Shown: piece after piece, positions 39,661 to 50,026 of the stretch | Numbering within the stretch: position 1 is the first letter of the stretch | How the letters are laid out: every line of letters starts with the position of its first letter | Assembly: GCA_963555825.3 (NCBI GenBank) | Contig: CAUVXB020000001.1 | Span: 416,001 to 480,000, forward strand | Source of the DNA: Alphaproteobacteria bacterium | Lineage (GTDB): Bacteria > Pseudomonadota > Alphaproteobacteria > JAAXGF01 | DNA length: 64,000 nt | Reading direction: 5' to 3' | The notes under the pieces: generated by a model | What the model saw: only the letters and a program-made list of their open reading frames with translations | The model's database searches: none | What the model was told of the DNA's origin: nothing | Program-made: the position numbers and the translations under genes

Positions 39661-40568
39661 GTGCCGCCACCTCTCCCGGCACGGGTTTGGCCTACGGCCT
39701 CCAGCGGGTCTGTGCGGCCTGGGGTTTTGCCCGTTCCTCGTTCTACGCCATGAAATCCCGGCAGCAGGCCACCGCTGAGCGCCCACCAGCAAAGCGCCGG
39801 GGACCGAAGCCCTCGATCTCGGACGAGGCTCTGCTGGTGGCCATCGAGGCCGACCTGGAGGCATCCCCCTGGGAGGGCGAGGGACACCGCAAGGTCTGGG
39901 CTCGGCTTCGGGTCTGTCGTGGCATCCGTGTTTCCCGCAAGCGGGGGCTCCGGGTGATGCGCGAGAACAACCTGCTCTCGCCCCATCGCTGCCGCCGCCG
40001 TGGCGGAAATCCCCATGTCGGTGAGATCATCACCCATGCCCCCAACCTCATGTGGGGCACGGACGGCGTTCGGGTGTTCACGGTGGACGACGGCTGGGGC
40101 TGGATATTCACCGCCATCGAGCATTGGAACGCCGAGTGCGTCGGCTGGCATGTGTGCAAGCGAGGCGACCGCTTCGCCGCCCTTCAGCCGATCTCCATGG
40201 GGCTTGCGAGGCTGTATGCCTCGACCTCCGCCGGTGCGGCGCGGGGGCTGGCCTTGCGGATGGATCACGGCTCCCAGTATCTGTCGGACCACTTCACCAA
40301 CCAGATCAAGTTCTGGGGCATCCAGCCGTCCTACGCCTTCGTCGAACAGCCCCAGACCAACGGCGTCGCCGAGAGGTTCAATCGCACGCTCAAGGAACAG
40401 ATCATCCATGGCCGCATCTACCGCAACATCGCGGAGCTGCGGAACGCCGTCCGCGGGTTCGTCGAACAGTACAATGCCCAGTGGATCGTGGAGAAGAACG
40501 GCTACCTGAGCCCCGCTCAAGCTCGTCAGGCGTGGCACACCGCGATGTCACTCAGGCCCGCCGCATGA
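39657..40568 (+). CDS. IS OrfB DDE transposase (rve)
   Basis: WGTDG, DHGSQY, NGVAERFNRTLKE. Confidence 0.9.
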   Translation: MSAATSPGTGLAYGLQRVCAAWGFARSSFYAMKSRQQATAERPPAKRRGPKPSISDEALLVAIEADLEASPWEGEGHRKVWARLRVCRGIRVSRKRGLRVMRENNLLSPHRCRRRGGNPHVGEIITHAPNLMWGTDGVRVFTVDDGWGWIFTAIEHWNAECVGWHVCKRGDRFAALQPISMGLARLYASTSAGAARGLALRMDHGSQYLSDHFTNQIKFWGIQPSYAFVEQPQTNGVAERFNRTLKEQIIHGRIYRNIAELRNAVRGFVEQYNAQWIVEKNGYLSPAQARQAWHTAMSLRPAA

Positions 40569-41886
40569 GACAAACTTGTGTCCAAGGAACCGGGTGCGAT
40601 ACACCTGGACGTCGAAGAACGACAGCCACATGAGCCAGCCGACAGGCAAGAACAGAATAAGCAGGACGAGGAACAGCGAGGGCGAGCACAGCGCGAAGAC
40701 GCTCTGATGCTCCCGCTTGGCGTCCTTGGTCAATCCCTCGGCGTTTTCGCGACTGGCCGGGACCGCCGCGACCTGGTCCGTGGTAATCGCCGTCATCGGT
40801 CGTCCGGCACGACGATCGTGTCCGCTGGATGCAGGCCGAGACGGATCGGCTCGCCGGGACCGGGAACCGCGGCGAGCGACTCGCGGCGGCTCGAGCTGCG
40901 CACGGCAATTTCGATGCCGCCCGTGAGCGCGACGTAGAACAGGAAGGGTTCGCCCTGGTAGACGAGCTCCTTGACCGTCCCGCTGAGCGTATTGAGGTTC
41001 TGGCCGTCGCCGTCGGCGAGCAGCTCGAGCTTTTCGGGCCGGACGACGAGAAGCTGCCGCTTGTCGGATGATATCGGTGGCTCGCCGAGCCGCAAGGTCG
41101 CGCCGTCGAGATCGACGCTTGAGCCATTCACCTCGACCGGCAGGAAGGACGATTCGCCGATGAAGTCGGCGACGAACTTGCTGCGCGGCCTTTCGTACAG
41201 CTCCTTGGGCGCGTCGATCTGCTGGAACTGTCCGAAATCGATGACCGCGACGCGGTCCGACATGGTCAGCGCCTCGCGCTGGTCGTGCGTCACGTAGACC
41301 GTGGTGCGGCCGAGTTTTTCATGCAAGTGCCTGATTTCGATCTGCATTTGCTCGCGCAGCTTCTTGTCGAGCGCCGAAAGCGGCTCGTCCATGAGCAGGA
41401 TTTGCGGGTCGAAGACGATCGCGCGCGCGAGCGCCACGCGCTGCCGCTGACCGCCCGAGAGCTGATCGACGCGGCGCTGCCCGAGATCGCCCAGCTGGAC
41501 CAGATCGAGCGCGCCCTGGACGCGCTCGGCGATTTCGTCCTGCGCGACGCGGCGCAGCTTGAGTGGAAAGGCGACATTGTTGTGGACGTTCATATGCGGG
41601 AACAGGGCGTAGTTCTGGAACACCATGCCCACGCCGCGCTTGTGCGGCGGTTTGCGAATGACCTCTTCGTCGCCGAACCTGACGCTGCCCGAATCGGGCC
41701 GCACGAAACCCGCCAACACCATCAAGAGCGTGGTCTTCCCCGAACCGGAAGGGCCGAGCAAGGTGACGAACTCGCCGCTTTTGACGTCGATGCTGACGTT
41801 ATCGAGGGCCTTCAGGCTGCCGTATGAGGTGGTCCCACTTTGTTGGACAGTTTGGCAGCGCGGTTAAGGTGTATTCCGTTGTTTGA

Positions 41887-42816
41887 TCATGCTGCCAAAA
41901 TCCTTTTTATCACATCCTGTTGCTGTTGTTGAGCCTGTGGGGATGTGGGCAAGGCGCGAGCCTTGTCCATCATATCCACAGGTTGACCGGCCCCGTAGGC
42001 CTCGGCCGGCGTTTGACCGTCGAGGGACGAATGGGGCCGCTCGGTGTTGTAGAAGCCGATCCACTCGCCGATGACCCGTTCGGCGTGGAAGCCGTCGGTG
42101 AGCTCGTGTAGGTAGACCGCCTCATACTTGAGAGACCGCCACAGGCGCTCGATGAAGATGTTGTCCATGCAGCGGCCCCGACCGTCCATGGAGATGCGGA
42201 TGCTCGCGTTCTTGAGCACGCCGGTGAAGTCGAGGCTGGTGAACTGGCTGCCCTGATCCGTATTGAATATCTCCGGCTGGCCGTAGCGGGCCAGCGCGTC
42301 GCCCAAGGCCTCGGCGCAGAATCCAGCGTCCATGGTGTTCGACAGCCGCCAGGATAAAACGTGGCGCGTCGCCCAGTCCATGATCGCTACCAGGTACAGA
42401 AAGCCACGCTGGACGGGGATATAGGTGATGTCGGCGCACCAGACCCGATTGGGCTGGTCGATAGCCATCCCTTTGAGAAGATAAGGATAAATCCGGTGCA
42501 TGGGATGCGGCACGCTGGTTCTCGGCGCCTGATAGATCGCCTCCAGGCCTATCAATCGCATCAACCTGCGAACCCGGTGACGGCCGACGCAAACGCCGTC
42601 CCGCCGCAACTGGCGGACCATCTGGCGGCTGCCGTAGAACGGGTACTTCATGAACAACTCGTCGATCCGACGCATCAGCGCCAGACTCGAAGGGCTCTCC
42701 CCCCTGGGCGCATAATAGAACGAGGACCGGCCGATCGAAAGCAGGCGGCATTGACGGCTCAAGCTCAGCTCGGGGGCGTCGCGTGTGATCATCGCCTTGC
42801 GCTCCCCCCGGCTCAT
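41887..42816 (-). CDS. IS3 OrfB transposase
   Basis: WCADITY, NTDQGSQF, DNIFIERLWRSLKYE. Confidence 0.92.
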   Translation of the reverse strand: MSRGERKAMITRDAPELSLSRQCRLLSIGRSSFYYAPRGESPSSLALMRRIDELFMKYPFYGSRQMVRQLRRDGVCVGRHRVRRLMRLIGLEAIYQAPRTSVPHPMHRIYPYLLKGMAIDQPNRVWCADITYIPVQRGFLYLVAIMDWATRHVLSWRLSNTMDAGFCAEALGDALARYGQPEIFNTDQGSQFTSLDFTGVLKNASIRISMDGRGRCMDNIFIERLWRSLKYEAVYLHELTDGFHAERVIGEWIGFYNTERPHSSLDGQTPAEAYGAGQPVDMMDKARALPTSPQAQQQQQDVIKRILAA

Positions 42817-43094
42817 CGCTTGAGCCCTCTGGCTAAAAAATCCCGTTCCACCGTCAGCTCGCCGATCTTGGCGTGAAGGTCGCGGACCTCGGATTCATGA
42901 TCCCGGCAAGCGCGGTTGGCGCCGTTCGAAAACACTTCGCCCAGACCGTCCACCGCCTGGCGCTTCCAGGCGCTCACCTGGTTCGGATGCACCTTGTGCT
43001 TGGCCGCGATCTGCTGGATCGTCTTGTCGCCCCGCAGCGCTTCCAGCGCCACCCGGGCCTTGAATTCCGCCGTAAACCGGCGTCGATTCGTCAT
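42813..43094 (-). CDS. IS3 OrfA
   Basis: RRRFTAEFKARVALEA..HPNQV..WK..KIGEL.VERDFL. Confidence 0.92.
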   Translation of the reverse strand: MTNRRRFTAEFKARVALEALRGDKTIQQIAAKHKVHPNQVSAWKRQAVDGLGEVFSNGANRACRDHESEVRDLHAKIGELTVERDFLARGLKR

Positions 43095-43248
43095 CTCGTA
43101 TTCCTCCGTTATCCGGTGGAATACACCTTAGCTCCCTGTCCGATTTTCTGGGACCACCTCAGTATGATTTCGTGACCCCGCTGATCGTCAGCGGTAATGA
43201 CTTGGCGTCGGACGACATGGTCTCGCTTTACCCCGGTCTCAAGAGGTC

Positions 43249-43276
43249 GACGGGAGCGGCGGTTGCCGCTCCCGTC
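43249..43276 (-). terminator. Intercistronic stem-loop after the SBP gene
   Basis: gacgggagcggc-ggtt-gccgctcccgtc, perfect 12-bp stem. Confidence 0.55.
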
Positions 43277-43308
43277 AATGCAATGTTAACCAACTATTCC
43301 TCGGCCAA

Positions 43309-44370
43309 CTACTCCTGGATCATCTCGTCGAAACGCTCCTGGAGCCCGTCGTAGCGCCCGACGTAGAAGGACGCATCGAGCACCAACTGAACCTTGGCGT
43401 TGGCCGGCGCCGAGTTGATGTCCTTCGCCTGTTCGGGCGAGATCTTGCCGGTCTCGAATGCCTTCTGGTTCACCGGGCCGTAAGCGATAAACTCAGGCAG
43501 GTTCGCCTGGTTCTCGGGGTTGATGAACTCGTTGATCGCCTTCATGGCGAGCTCCTTGTTCGGCGCGCCCTTGGGCACCATCACGCAATCGAAGTCGAAG
43601 ACACCCTCGTTGAAGGTAAAAGGCGGCCTTGGCGCCATCGTCGATCGCACCCTTGATGCGGCCGTTCCAGATCGAGATGATGTCGACCTCGCCGTCCTTC
43701 ATCAGCTGCATCGACTGCGCGCCCGACGTCCACCACACCGCGACATTCGGCTGGAGTTTCGCGAGCTTGGCGAAGGCGCGGTCCTGGCCCGCCTGGGTCA
43801 ACAGCGTTTCGTAGACCTTGTCCATCGGCACGCCGTCGGCCATCAGAGCGGCCTCGATGTTGTAGTAGGGCTTCTTGTACATCGCGCGCGAGCCCGGGAA
43901 CTTGTCTGTATCGAAGAAGTCCGCCCAGTTCTGCGGACCGTTGTCGCCGAATTTCTCGGTGCTCCAGGCGATGATCGTCGAATAGTAGATGATACCGACC
44001 CAATGGCTGCTGACCAGCGCGGGATCGATGCCGTCGGTGTTGATCACCGAATAGTCGAGCGGCTCGAGATGGCCTTCGTTCTGGAGCTGGACGCAGGTAT
44101 TGCTGCCCTGCTCGGTGATGTCCCACTTCACCGCATTGGCCATGACCTGCGCGCGCACGTCGGCGATGCCGTTGGTGGTGTCTTCCTTGATCGTGATGCC
44201 CAAGGTCTTCGCCGCCGGTATATAGAACGCATTGCGCTCGGCTTCCTGGAACGATCCGCCCCAGGACGACACGGTGATGCTGTCTTGTGCCTGGGCGGGG
44301 GTCGCGGCGAACCCCAGCAACGCGGCGCTGGCGATCGCGGCAGTAAGTGCTTTGACTTTTATGGTCTCAT
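43309..44370 (-). pseudogene. Polyamine-type ABC substrate-binding protein, frameshifted near 43620 and near the start
   Basis: SWGG..Q, WADFFD..KFPG.R, WNGR; an extra base in the A4 run at 43618-43621 splits ORFs 43493..44545 and 43309..43650; the RBS-linked ATG at 44370 reads ATG AGA CCA TAA, out of frame. Confidence 0.82.
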
Positions 44371-44533
44371 GTTCTCCCGTACATCGTTGTTCTCGTTGCC
44401 GCGGCTCGCGGGTTCTTCCCGATGGCTCGATCGAGCAACAGCGACCGTACCGTCCGACCGGCGATCGGAAATCGCGATTCCCAACCCGCCAATTGCGGCA
44501 CTTGCATGCGATGTTACCACAACCTCGGAACCT

Positions 44534-44549
44534 TGCACCGTTCATTCCA
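44534..44549 (-). promoter_or_regulatory. Possible sigma-54 (-24/-12) promoter for the ABC operon
   Basis: TGGAATGAACGGTGCA with GG-N10-GC spacing, about 165 bp upstream of the SBP start; imperfect consensus. Confidence 0.3.
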
Positions 44550-45318
44550 TCGCATGGTCGCAGCGCAGACTAGCCAACGTCGCGCTGGATCGGCAGTGCG
44601 GCGGGTGGCATGTTTTTGCAAGGCAGCTATGCGCCATGGCGAGTTCGCTCATCGCCTGTGACCCCCGTCACAGACAATCAAGCGCCCGTTCGCTAGTGTC
44701 CGGTCCCGAAACCACAGGGATGAACCGGGTGTAAGCCCCTGTTTTTCCCGGTTGGAGAACAAGGAGGGCCTCGACGGTCTGTACGACCCCGCCCCGGCGT
44801 CCTCGAAAGGGCAAACCGTCGGCGACGGCGGGACGCAAAGCCTCCGGCCTGGCATGTGTCAGGTAGCGGGGTTGCCGAAAGGAGACGAACGACGTGCCAT
44901 TCGGCACGTATCCGCTCCTCAAGGACTTTTTCGAGGCCGCGTTTCGATTGGCGAGACGCGGGGTGTCTTGAACACCAGCGGAGGATCTATCGTTGCACCA
45001 CTCTCAACGTTCGATCAGGCCAGCGCGTCCCGCAACAACGGGCGTCGCCGGCCGCAATGGTCCTCCGGTCACGCAACCGTCCCACGCACGCCGCCATGCG
45101 CGTGCGGCGACGGCTTCGGACAACCGAGAACTGGCGGGACCCGCCATCCCTATCGATGGCGGATCGCACAACCCGATCGGCCGCCAATTCGCAACCCAGT
45201 AGGTGCCATGATCGATCAATATTATGACCCGACCCCTAGTTCGAGCCTCTTCGGTTCGGACCTGGACGCAGCCAACACAACGAGCGAGGAAACGCCCGAG
45301 GAGAGCCGGCGGCAGCCG

Positions 45319-46083
45319 ATGCGCGTCATCGTTTTCGCCTCGCAGAAGGGCGGTTCCGGCAAGACGACGCTGTGTGGCCAGCTCGCCGTCGAGGCCGACC
45401 GCGCCGGCGCCGGCCCTGTCGCGCTGATCGACACCGACCCGCAGGGCAGCCTCGCCGACTGGTGGAACGCGCGCGCCTCCGATACGCCGGCATTCGTCAA
45501 GACCTCGTTCGCGCACATGAAGGAAGACCTCGAGGAACTGCGCGCGCAGGGCACCAAGCTGGTCTTCATCGACACGCCGCCGGCGGTCGCCGACACGATC
45601 AAGGCGGTTGTCGGCCACGCCGATCTGGTCGTCATCCCGACGCGGCCCAGTCCGCACGACCTGCGCGCCGTCGGCGCCACCGTCGACATCATCGAGGGCC
45701 TCGGCAAGCCGCTGGTTTTCGCCGTCAACGGCGCGACGCCTCGCGCGCGGATCACCGGCGAGGCCGCCGTCGCGCTGTCGCAGCACGGTACCGTCGCGCC
45801 GGTCACCGTGCACCAGCGGATCGACTTCGCGACCAGCATGATCGACGGCCGGACGGTCAGTGAGATCAACGCGGCCTCGCGCTCGGCCGAAGAGGTCGAT
45901 GGGCTCTGGCAGTACCTCTCGACCCGTCTCGGCAAGGTCGAGCGGCGTATGGCGCGGCTGCCCTTCGACGGTCTCGACAGGCGTCATCCCGACCATGGCC
46001 GCCCGTTCGCGGGCCCGGTCGCGCGCCCGCCTTTCGGGCGGCGCGTCGAGCGCATGGCGGCCGCCCACCAGATCGCCGAGTAG
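45319..46083 (+). CDS. ParA-family ATPase (orphan, short type; start may be 45208)
   Basis: SQKGGSGKTT, LIDTDPQGS, FIDTPP, PTRPSPHDL. Confidence 0.88.
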   Translation: MRVIVFASQKGGSGKTTLCGQLAVEADRAGAGPVALIDTDPQGSLADWWNARASDTPAFVKTSFAHMKEDLEELRAQGTKLVFIDTPPAVADTIKAVVGHADLVVIPTRPSPHDLRAVGATVDIIEGLGKPLVFAVNGATPRARITGEAAVALSQHGTVAPVTVHQRIDFATSMIDGRTVSEINAASRSAEEVDGLWQYLSTRLGKVERRMARLPFDGLDRRHPDHGRPFAGPVARPPFGRRVERMAAAHQIAE

Positions 46084-46505
46084 AACCCTAGCGAGGAGTT
46101 AAAAAGTACAATGATTGACCATAACGCAACCTCGCTCGCGACGGCGCTGTTCGCGCGCAAGGGCGAAGCCATACCGTCGCCTGCCGTCAGCTATGTCAGC
46201 ATCACCCAGCTCGAGGCCGGAACCGACGAACGGCACGCGCCTGCGTCGCTTTGCCTGATCGGCGAAACCGATCTCGAGCCGACCGTCGACGACGCCGAGC
46301 GACCGCTGTCGTCGTTGATTCACAGGCACCGTCCGCGCCCGGCGCCCGTGACCCTGTCGGCCCCGGCCCCGGCCAACGACACGACGACGGCGGCGTGGGA
46401 GCGGTCCGACCGCCAGGGCACGACGATCGATATCATGCGCTATCTCAGCGTCGCATCGGGTCGTGCCAACGACGATGCCGGCAGTGGTGAGCGCGTGGTC
46501 GAGAC

Positions 46506-47883
46506 GAGCTATGTCCGAAAGTTGGTGACGGAGCTATCAGGCGGCGTGTTTGGTTATCTTGATTCCGTCCTTGAACGGCACTCCTTCGACGAGTTCGGCG
46601 AGTTGATTTGATCCGTCCAGCTTCCGCCATTTCCGCCTGGCACTCAAGATCAGTTTGAAGGCCATGGCGAGCGCCGTCTTGCGGCTCAGGCACCCCTTGG
46701 TCTTCACGGTCCTCAGGCGCACCGTGGCGAAGGTGCTTTCGATGGGGTTGGTGGTGCGGATGTGCTTCCAGTGCTCGGCCGGGAAGTCGTAGAAGCTCAG
46801 CAGGCGTTCACGGTCCTTGACCAGGCGCTCTGCGGCCTTGTGGTATTTTGCGCCGTAGGCTGCGATGAAGAAGTCGAAGGCGGCTTCGGCGTCGGCCCTA
46901 GTCTCGGCCATCCAGATGTCGTGCAGATGGCCCTTGGCTTTGGCCTGCAGGGATTTGGGCATCTGGTTGAGCACGTTGGCGGTCTTGTGGACCCAGCAAC
47001 GCTGCACCCTGGTCTCTCCGTAAACCTCGCGTAGCGCCTTCCAGAAGCCCAAGGCGCCGTCGCCGACGGCCAACTCGGGGCCGGTCTCCAAGCCCCGGCG
47101 CTTGAGATCAAGCAGCAGTTCCTTCCAGCTTTGCGCGCTCTCTCGATAACCGTCGACCATGCCGACGATGTCCTTGTTGCCCATGGCGTCGGCGCCGATG
47201 ATCACCAGAACACACTGTTTGTCATGGTCCATGCGAGGCGAGAAGTAGACCCCGTCGGCCCAAAAATAGACGTAGCGCCGAGCCGAAAGGTCGCGCTTTT
47301 GCCAGGCTTCGTATTCGTCCCACCAGACCGCTTTCAGCCGGCCAATGGTGCTGGCCGTCAGGCCCGGCGCGTCCGGTCCCAGCAGCGCCGCCAGGGCCTC
47401 CGAAAAGTCGCCGCTGGAGATGCCCTTCAGATAAAGCCAGGGCAGAAGCGCCTCGACCGACTTGGCGCGCCTGAGATAAGGCGGCAGGATCGATGACGTG
47501 AAACGGATGCGCCCGCCCGTGGCCTGTGGATCTCGGTCTCGCACTCTTGGCCGCTTCACCGTCACAGCTCCGATCCCGGTCTGAACCTCGCGTTCCGGCA
47601 TGTGCCCGTGACGGACAATACGGCGCCGGCCCGAAGCGTCGGTCAAATCGGCATGGGCTTCAATATGGGCGGCAACTTCCGCTTCAATCGCCTGGCCAAG
47701 CAACTGCCGGGCGCCGGCGCGCAATATCTCCGTCAGCGGATCGTCGGAAAATGACTCTGGCTGGCGCAACGCAACAACTGTATCGTCTTTCATGGCGTAT
47801 CCCTTTCTTCGGAAAATTGGCGTCTTCATCAACGCCAGGATACGCCGCCTTCATTCTCCATCACCAAGATTCAGCTATAGCTC
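46506..47883 (-). mobile_element. IS256 family insertion sequence (1378 bp)
   Basis: IRs gagctatgtccgaaagttggtga / tcaccaagattcagctatagctc; 9-bp TSD GGTCGAGAC. Confidence 0.92.
46537..47793 (-). CDS. IS256 transposase
   Basis: WADG, GDGALGFW, QRCWVHK, RTTNPIES. Confidence 0.93.
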   Translation of the reverse strand: MKDDTVVALRQPESFSDDPLTEILRAGARQLLGQAIEAEVAAHIEAHADLTDASGRRRIVRHGHMPEREVQTGIGAVTVKRPRVRDRDPQATGGRIRFTSSILPPYLRRAKSVEALLPWLYLKGISSGDFSEALAALLGPDAPGLTASTIGRLKAVWWDEYEAWQKRDLSARRYVYFWADGVYFSPRMDHDKQCVLVIIGADAMGNKDIVGMVDGYRESAQSWKELLLDLKRRGLETGPELAVGDGALGFWKALREVYGETRVQRCWVHKTANVLNQMPKSLQAKAKGHLHDIWMAETRADAEAAFDFFIAAYGAKYHKAAERLVKDRERLLSFYDFPAEHWKHIRTTNPIESTFATVRLRTVKTKGCLSRKTALAMAFKLILSARRKWRKLDGSNQLAELVEGVPFKDGIKITKHAA

Positions 47884-48224
47884 GGTCGAGACGCCGCCGC
47901 TCCGACTGTCGCGTCGCCACAAGCGCAAGCAACTCACCATGCGTCTCGGCTACGACGCGTTCCGGCATCTCCAGAACATCTCGTACGTATCGGACGCGAC
48001 GTACCAGAGCCTGCTCGAGGCCGCGGTGTTGGCCTACCTCGAGACCCTCGATACGGAACACGCCGCCGAGGCGGGATAGGCGCGAGCGGCGGGCGGGATC
48101 GAACGCGCCTTGTTTGATCGGTCGGGCGCCTGATCCTTGGTATGGGGTCCCGCCCGCCGCCGCTTTATTCCTTTGCGAAATCCGGGCTAGAGTGCGGCAG
48201 CTTTCAGCTGCCGTAGGAAGGCCG

Positions 48225-49949
48225 ATGGCGTTTATCCGACTCCGTACCCCGGCGCGCGCCGCAGCTTGGCTGCTCGGCGCGCTGCTGCTGTGGCAAGCCG
48301 CCGCCCAGGCCGATCAGGCGCCGGCCCGCGCCGAGCGCTACATGATCGCGACCGCCAATCCGCTGGCCGCCCGCGCCGGGCTCGAGATTCTGCGCGCCGG
48401 CGGCAGTGCGGTCGACGCGGCGATCGCCGCGCAAATGGTGCTCAATCTGGTCGAGCCCCAGTCGTCGGGCATCGGCGGTGGCGGCTTCATGCTGCATTAC
48501 GACGCCGAAACGCGGCGCGTGACGGCCTATGACGGGCGCGAGACCGCGCCGGCCGCCGTGACACCCGGGCTGTTCCTCGACGCCGGCGGCGCGCCTCTCG
48601 GCTTCTGGGACGCGGTGATCGGCGGCCGTTCGGTCGGCGTGCCGGGACTGCTGAGCATGCTCGCCCTGGCGCAACGCGACCACGGCCGGCTGCCCTGGCC
48701 TCGCCTATTCACGCGCGCCATCGACCTGGCCGAGACCGGTTTCGCGGTGTCGCCCAGGCTTCATGAGTTGATTGCGGGCGCCAAGGGGCTCGATACCTTC
48801 GAGGCGGCGGGCGACTATTTCTTCACGCCCGACGGCGCGCCGCTCGCGATCGGCGCGCGGCGCGACAATCCGGCGTTCGCGACGACGCTGCGCACGATCG
48901 CGCGCGAGGGCGTCGCGCCGTTCTACGCGGGCGCCATCGCCGCCGACATCGTCGCCGCGGTGCGGCGCGCCAGACGCAACCCCAGCGTCATGACGGCCGC
49001 GGACATGGCGGGCTTCGACGCCCGCGCGCTGGAGCCCGTCTGCGCCGACTACCGGGTGTGGCGCGTCTGCGGCATGGGGCCGCCGAGCTCGGGCGCGGTC
49101 GCCACGCTGCAAACGCTCGGTATCCTGAACGCCTTCGACCTCGCCGCGCTGGCGCCGGGTTCGGCCGACGCGGTGCATCTGATTTCCGAGGCGAGCCGTC
49201 TCGCCTTCGCCGACCGTGCGCGCTATCTGGCCGACGACGCATTCGTCGATGTGCCCGTGCGCGGTCTCCTCGACCCGGGATATCTCGCGCGCCGCGCGGC
49301 GCTCATCGATCCCACGCGAAGCATGGGCAGGGCCGAGGCGGGTAAGCCGCCGTGGCGCGAAGGACGGCTCGGTGATCCCGGCGACGGACAGGAAGGGCCG
49401 TCGACCACCCATCTCAGTGTGGTCGATGCCGCGGGCAATGCCGTGTCGATGACGACCAGCATCGAGAGCGCGTTCGGTTCGCGCCTCATGGTGCGCGGCT
49501 TCATGCTCAACAACCAGCTGACCGACTTTTCGTTCCGTCCGGTGGTCGACGGTATGCCGGTCGCCAACCGGGTCGAGCCCGGCAAGCGGCCACGCTCGTC
49601 GATGGCGCCGACGTTGGTGCTCGACGGCGCGGGCAGGCTGGTGTTGGTCGTCGGCTCGCCGGGCGGCTCGCGTATCATCGGCTATGTCGTCCAGGCGCTG
49701 ATCGCCCAGCTCGATTGGGGTCTCGACGCGCAGCAGGCGCTCAGCCTGCCGCACCACGTCAACCGCAACGGCCCGACCGATCTCGAGTCGGCGAGGGGTT
49801 TTGCGCCGGTCGCGGCGGATCTGGCGTCGCGCGGCCACGAGATCAGGGTGCGCCCGCTGACCAGCGGATTGCACGCCATCGCCGTCACCGAAGACGGCCT
49901 CGAAGGCGGCGCCGACCCACGCCGCGAGGGCGTCGCGCTGGGCGATTGA
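48225..49949 (+). CDS. ggt: Gamma-glutamyltransferase
   Basis: GGSAVDAA, EPQSSGIGGGGF, DGRETAP, STTHLSVVD, NNQLTDF, KRPRSSM, ADPRREG. Confidence 0.93.
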   Translation: MAFIRLRTPARAAAWLLGALLLWQAAAQADQAPARAERYMIATANPLAARAGLEILRAGGSAVDAAIAAQMVLNLVEPQSSGIGGGGFMLHYDAETRRVTAYDGRETAPAAVTPGLFLDAGGAPLGFWDAVIGGRSVGVPGLLSMLALAQRDHGRLPWPRLFTRAIDLAETGFAVSPRLHELIAGAKGLDTFEAAGDYFFTPDGAPLAIGARRDNPAFATTLRTIAREGVAPFYAGAIAADIVAAVRRARRNPSVMTAADMAGFDARALEPVCADYRVWRVCGMGPPSSGAVATLQTLGILNAFDLAALAPGSADAVHLISEASRLAFADRARYLADDAFVDVPVRGLLDPGYLARRAALIDPTRSMGRAEAGKPPWREGRLGDPGDGQEGPSTTHLSVVDAAGNAVSMTTSIESAFGSRLMVRGFMLNNQLTDFSFRPVVDGMPVANRVEPGKRPRSSMAPTLVLDGAGRLVLVVGSPGGSRIIGYVVQALIAQLDWGLDAQQALSLPHHVNRNGPTDLESARGFAPVAADLASRGHEIRVRPLTSGLHAIAVTEDGLEGGADPRREGVALGD

Positions 49950-50026
49950 CGGCGTTGGTCTGTCTCCGGTGAGAATTTCGGGCTAGATTGGGCCGTCCTG
50001 CGGCCAACCAATCAGAGGAGGGAACC

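Larger units (their letters stand above)
39184..40603 (+). mobile_element. IS3-like insertion sequence, 1420 bp, copy 1
   Basis: TG...CA ends with IRs; 14-bp flanking duplication CCTGGACGTCGAAG at 39170-39183 and 40604-40617. Confidence 0.9.
38453..40796 (-). pseudogene. PotB-like ABC permease disrupted by an IS3-like element and a frameshift near 39146
   Basis: 5' part MTAITT...WLSFFDVQ, continues GNWTLENY after the TSD, then shifts frame into RMFGSKSY...LPFWTSLLVRTYAW. Confidence 0.85.
41825..43161 (-). mobile_element. IS3 family insertion sequence (1337 bp)
   Basis: IRs tgaggtggtccca / tgggaccacctca; 3-bp TSD GTA; orfA/orfB with a T-TTT-TTA slippery motif (minus strand, about 42834-42840). 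Confidence 0.92.
40793..43218 (-). pseudogene. PotA-like ABC ATP-binding protein disrupted by an IS3 element
   Basis: MSSDAKSLPLTISGVTKSY|GSLKALDNV..GPSGSGKTT..LSGGQ..DEP; split at a GTA duplication. Confidence 0.88.
46111..48079 (+). pseudogene. ParA partner with C-terminal ribbon-helix-helix-like domain, disrupted by IS256
   Basis: Removing the IS and one TSD joins ...ERVVET to PPLRLSRRHKRKQLTMRLG...YQSLLEAAV in frame. Confidence 0.7.

Noticed and set aside
44606-44620. TGGCATGTTTTTGCA as a sigma-54 promoter
   Set aside because: GG-to-GC spacing is 9 nt rather than the required 10.
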